A stretch of 64,000 bases of DNA from Parcubacteria group bacterium. GTDB lineage: Bacteria > Patescibacteriota > Patescibacteriia > UBA1558 > GWA2-36-10. Within the stretch, counting starts at the first letter, position 1; every line of letters starts with the position of its first letter. The notes under the pieces were generated by a model, which was not told where the DNA came from, made no database searches, and saw only the letters and a list, made by a program, of their open reading frames with translations. Below are positions 61,549-64,000 of the stretch, piece after piece. The position numbers and the translations under genes are program-made. The stretch spans positions 77,768 through 141,767 of the forward strand of contig PQAE01000010.1 in the NCBI GenBank assembly GCA_003104935.1, read 5' to 3'.

Positions 61549-61562
61549 TAAATACGTAATAC

Positions 61563-61591
61563 TTGACAATAATAGTTATTTCAATTATATT
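61563..61591 (+). promoter_or_regulatory. Sigma70 promoter for topA
   Basis: TTGACA-17 nt-TATATT. Confidence 0.65.
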
Positions 61592-61620
61592 CGCAACTAC
61601 GAATTAAATAAAAACAACTT

Positions 61621-63834
61621 ATGTCCAAACTTGTAATCGTCGAATCACCGACTAAAGCCAAAACCATCAAGGGTTTTTTGGGCCGGGATTATAAAGTAGA
61701 GTCTTCTTATGGTCATGTCCGCGACCTGCCGGTAAAAAAAATCGGTGTAGATATCGATAATAACTTTGAGCCGACCTATACCGTACCGACCAAGGCTAAA
61801 AAGGTGGTGGAAAAACTAAAAGACCTGGCCAAAGACGCCGAAGTAGTTTACTTTGCCACTGACGAAGACCGCGAAGGAGAAGCCATCAGCTGGCATTTGG
61901 AGCAACTTTTGGATGTAGCCAAAAAAAAGCAAAAAAGAATTGTTTTCCACGAGATTACAAAAAAAGCCATTGAAGCCGCCTTGGCTAACCCCCGAGATTT
62001 AGATTTAAAATTAGTGGACGCCCAACAAGCCCGCCGTATCCTGGACCGCCTAGTGGGTTATAAGCTTTCCCCGCTCCTCTGGAAAAAAGTAGCTAAAGGA
62101 TTATCCGCCGGCCGCGTGCAGTCCGTGGCGCTGCGCCTGATCGTGGAAAGAGAAAAGGAACGGGCCGATTTTAAAACCCAGGAATATTGGACGGTTGAAG
62201 GACTAGCAAAAAAAGATCACAAAAATTTTAAAATAGCCTTACATAAAGAAGGCGAAAAAATTCTGGGGAAATTTGATATTGACGAAGCCAAAGCTAAAAA
62301 AGCCGCCGGCGAAATCACCAAAGCTAAACTACTGGTAGCCGATGTCAAGGCTAAAGAAAATATCAAATCGCCTCTGCCACCGTTTATCACTTCTACCTTA
62401 CAGCAAGATGCTAACCGCCGCTTTGGCTATAGCGCCAAACAAACTATGATGATCGCCCAACAGCTCTATGAAGGCATCACCCTCGGCGAAGAGGGACCGG
62501 TCGGTTTGATCACCTATATGCGTACGGACTCGGTTAATCTGTCCGATGATTTTAAAACCGGTGTTTATGATTTTGTTAAAAATAAATTTGGGGCCGATTA
62601 TGCCATCTCCGGCGGCCGGGTTTTTAAGAAAAAATCCAAGCTAGCCCAGGAAGCGCACGAGGCCATTCGCCCGACCGAAGTAACCAATGATCCGGATAGC
62701 GTCAAAGCTTTTTTGGACAGCCGCCAACATAAAATCTATAGTTTGATCTGGCAGAGAGCTGTGGCTTCGCAAATGGCGGACAGCAAAACCGAAACCACCA
62801 CGGTGGCTATCGATGCCGTGAATACTCCCTGGCAACTCAAAGCCGTGGGTTCGGTGATAAAATTTGCCGGCTGGCAGACTATCTACCAGAGCAACGGCGA
62901 AGAAGAAGAATTGCCAGTCCTAAAAGTCGGCGATGAACCGAGGCTTATCAATATTGACCCACTGCAACATTTTACTACTCCGCCCGCCCGCTATAGCGAG
63001 GCCGGATTAGTCAAAGCCCTGGAAGCGCTAGGAATCGGCCGGCCATCAACCTATGCGCCGACGATCGCTACCATCATCGAGAGAAAATATGTGGAAAAAG
63101 AAGAAAAAAGATTAAAGCCAACCGAGATCGGCACTATCGTCACCAATTTGTTAGTAGAACATTTTGCCGAAATCGTGGATTATAATTTTACCGCCAAGAT
63201 GGAAGATGATTTGGATGAAATCGCTGACAAGGGCAAGCCCTGGCAACCGATTATCGCTGATTTTTACAAACCTTTTGCCAAAAATCTGGCTACCAAAGAA
63301 AAAGAACTGGACAAAAAAGAAATTACCGAAAAAAAATCCGACGAGATTTGCGACAAGTGCGGTCAGCCCATGGTGGAAAAATTGGGACGCTTTGGCCGCT
63401 TCTTAGCCTGCTCTAATTATCCGGAGTGTAAAAATACCAAGCCCCTGGATGAAAATGGCGAAGTGGCCGCTCCGGAAGTGACGGATGAAAAATGCCCCAA
63501 TTGCGGCCAGCCGATGATTTTCAAACAAGGTCGCTTTGGCCGCTTCTTAGCCTGCTCCAATTATCCGACCTGCAAAACGACAAAAAATGTGCAAAAAAGT
63601 CTGGGCGTCAAATGTCCGGTCTGCCAGGTAGGTGATATGGTAGAAAAGAAAACTAAGCGCGGCAAACCTTTTTATGCCTGCAATAAATATCCCGACTGCC
63701 AGCATGCGGTCTGGTCCAAACCGACCGGCGAACTCTGCCCGGACTGCGGCCAGCTCCTGCTCTATGCGGCTAAAAATAAAATCAAGTGTGAAAAATGCCG
63801 CTTTAGTAAAATGGCTGAACCCAAAGATGAATAA
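61621..63834 (+). CDS. topA: DNA topoisomerase I with C-terminal zinc ribbons
   Basis: IVESPTKA, DEDREGE, SAGRVQ, ITYMRTDS, GRPSTYA, repeated C4 ribbons. Confidence 0.97.
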   Translation: MSKLVIVESPTKAKTIKGFLGRDYKVESSYGHVRDLPVKKIGVDIDNNFEPTYTVPTKAKKVVEKLKDLAKDAEVVYFATDEDREGEAISWHLEQLLDVAKKKQKRIVFHEITKKAIEAALANPRDLDLKLVDAQQARRILDRLVGYKLSPLLWKKVAKGLSAGRVQSVALRLIVEREKERADFKTQEYWTVEGLAKKDHKNFKIALHKEGEKILGKFDIDEAKAKKAAGEITKAKLLVADVKAKENIKSPLPPFITSTLQQDANRRFGYSAKQTMMIAQQLYEGITLGEEGPVGLITYMRTDSVNLSDDFKTGVYDFVKNKFGADYAISGGRVFKKKSKLAQEAHEAIRPTEVTNDPDSVKAFLDSRQHKIYSLIWQRAVASQMADSKTETTTVAIDAVNTPWQLKAVGSVIKFAGWQTIYQSNGEEEELPVLKVGDEPRLINIDPLQHFTTPPARYSEAGLVKALEALGIGRPSTYAPTIATIIERKYVEKEEKRLKPTEIGTIVTNLLVEHFAEIVDYNFTAKMEDDLDEIADKGKPWQPIIADFYKPFAKNLATKEKELDKKEITEKKSDEICDKCGQPMVEKLGRFGRFLACSNYPECKNTKPLDENGEVAAPEVTDEKCPNCGQPMIFKQGRFGRFLACSNYPTCKTTKNVQKSLGVKCPVCQVGDMVEKKTKRGKPFYACNKYPDCQHAVWSKPTGELCPDCGQLLLYAAKNKIKCEKCRFSKMAEPKDE

Positions 63835-63838
63835 AACC

Positions 63839-63878
63839 CAAGCAGCGACCGATATGGTGGCTGCTTTTTATTTTACGC
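63839..63878 (+). terminator. Intrinsic terminator after topA
   Basis: AAGCAGC..GCTGCTT followed by TTTATTTT. Confidence 0.65.
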
Positions 63879-63919
63879 TTGCCATTTTGAGGCCCAAATA
63901 CTAAGATGATAGTGAGCCT

Positions 63920-64000
63920 ATGATAACTTTTGAAGACTTAAAAAGAGAACTAGCCATAAATTATGGTGACCGTGATATTAATCTGGTGATCAAAGCTTTT
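63920..64000 (+). CDS. Start of a gene (partial), possibly RelA/SpoT or another HD-domain protein
   Basis: MITFEDLKRELAINYGDRDINLVIKAF, resembling the 'LIxKAY/F' RSH N-terminus. Confidence 0.4.
   Translation, partial: MITFEDLKRELAINYGDRDINLVIKAF

Overview
A 64-kb chromosomal segment, mostly minus-strand, from a small-genome bacterium using genetic code 11. The gene set, A/T-rich leaders mostly lacking a Shine-Dalgarno (SD) sequence, and the pilin-Ig and PsbP-like surface proteins suggest Patescibacteria/CPR (inference). Housekeeping genes include rpsU, hisS, lepB, der, pth, secE-nusG-rplK-rplA, znuCB, gyrB, pheST, a UvrD-nuclease fusion, a complete H+-type F1Fo operon, rmuC, tatD, metG, rsmI, glyQS, tgt, recO, ileS and dprA-folC-topA. 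I saw no tRNA, rRNA, CRISPR array, transposase or integrase. The strongest signal is a set of short palindromic elements with no mobiliser in the window. A 42-bp element sits in frame, in the same orientation and frame, in uvrD, atpD and dprA, with compensatory changes in its stem. Other palindromes are translated inside uvrD and tgt, nest inside one another between genes, and in one case are flanked by a duplication of a start codon. Also notable: rpsU has a perfect SD in an SD-poor context; a membrane-anchored Clp ATPase lacks both pore-loop tyrosines; two beta-carbonic-anhydrase-like genes follow the atp operon; a glycoside hydrolase domain splits a MopE-like repeat; and two GC-rich, SD-led genes look acquired. 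All family calls come from motif recognition by eye; no searches were run.
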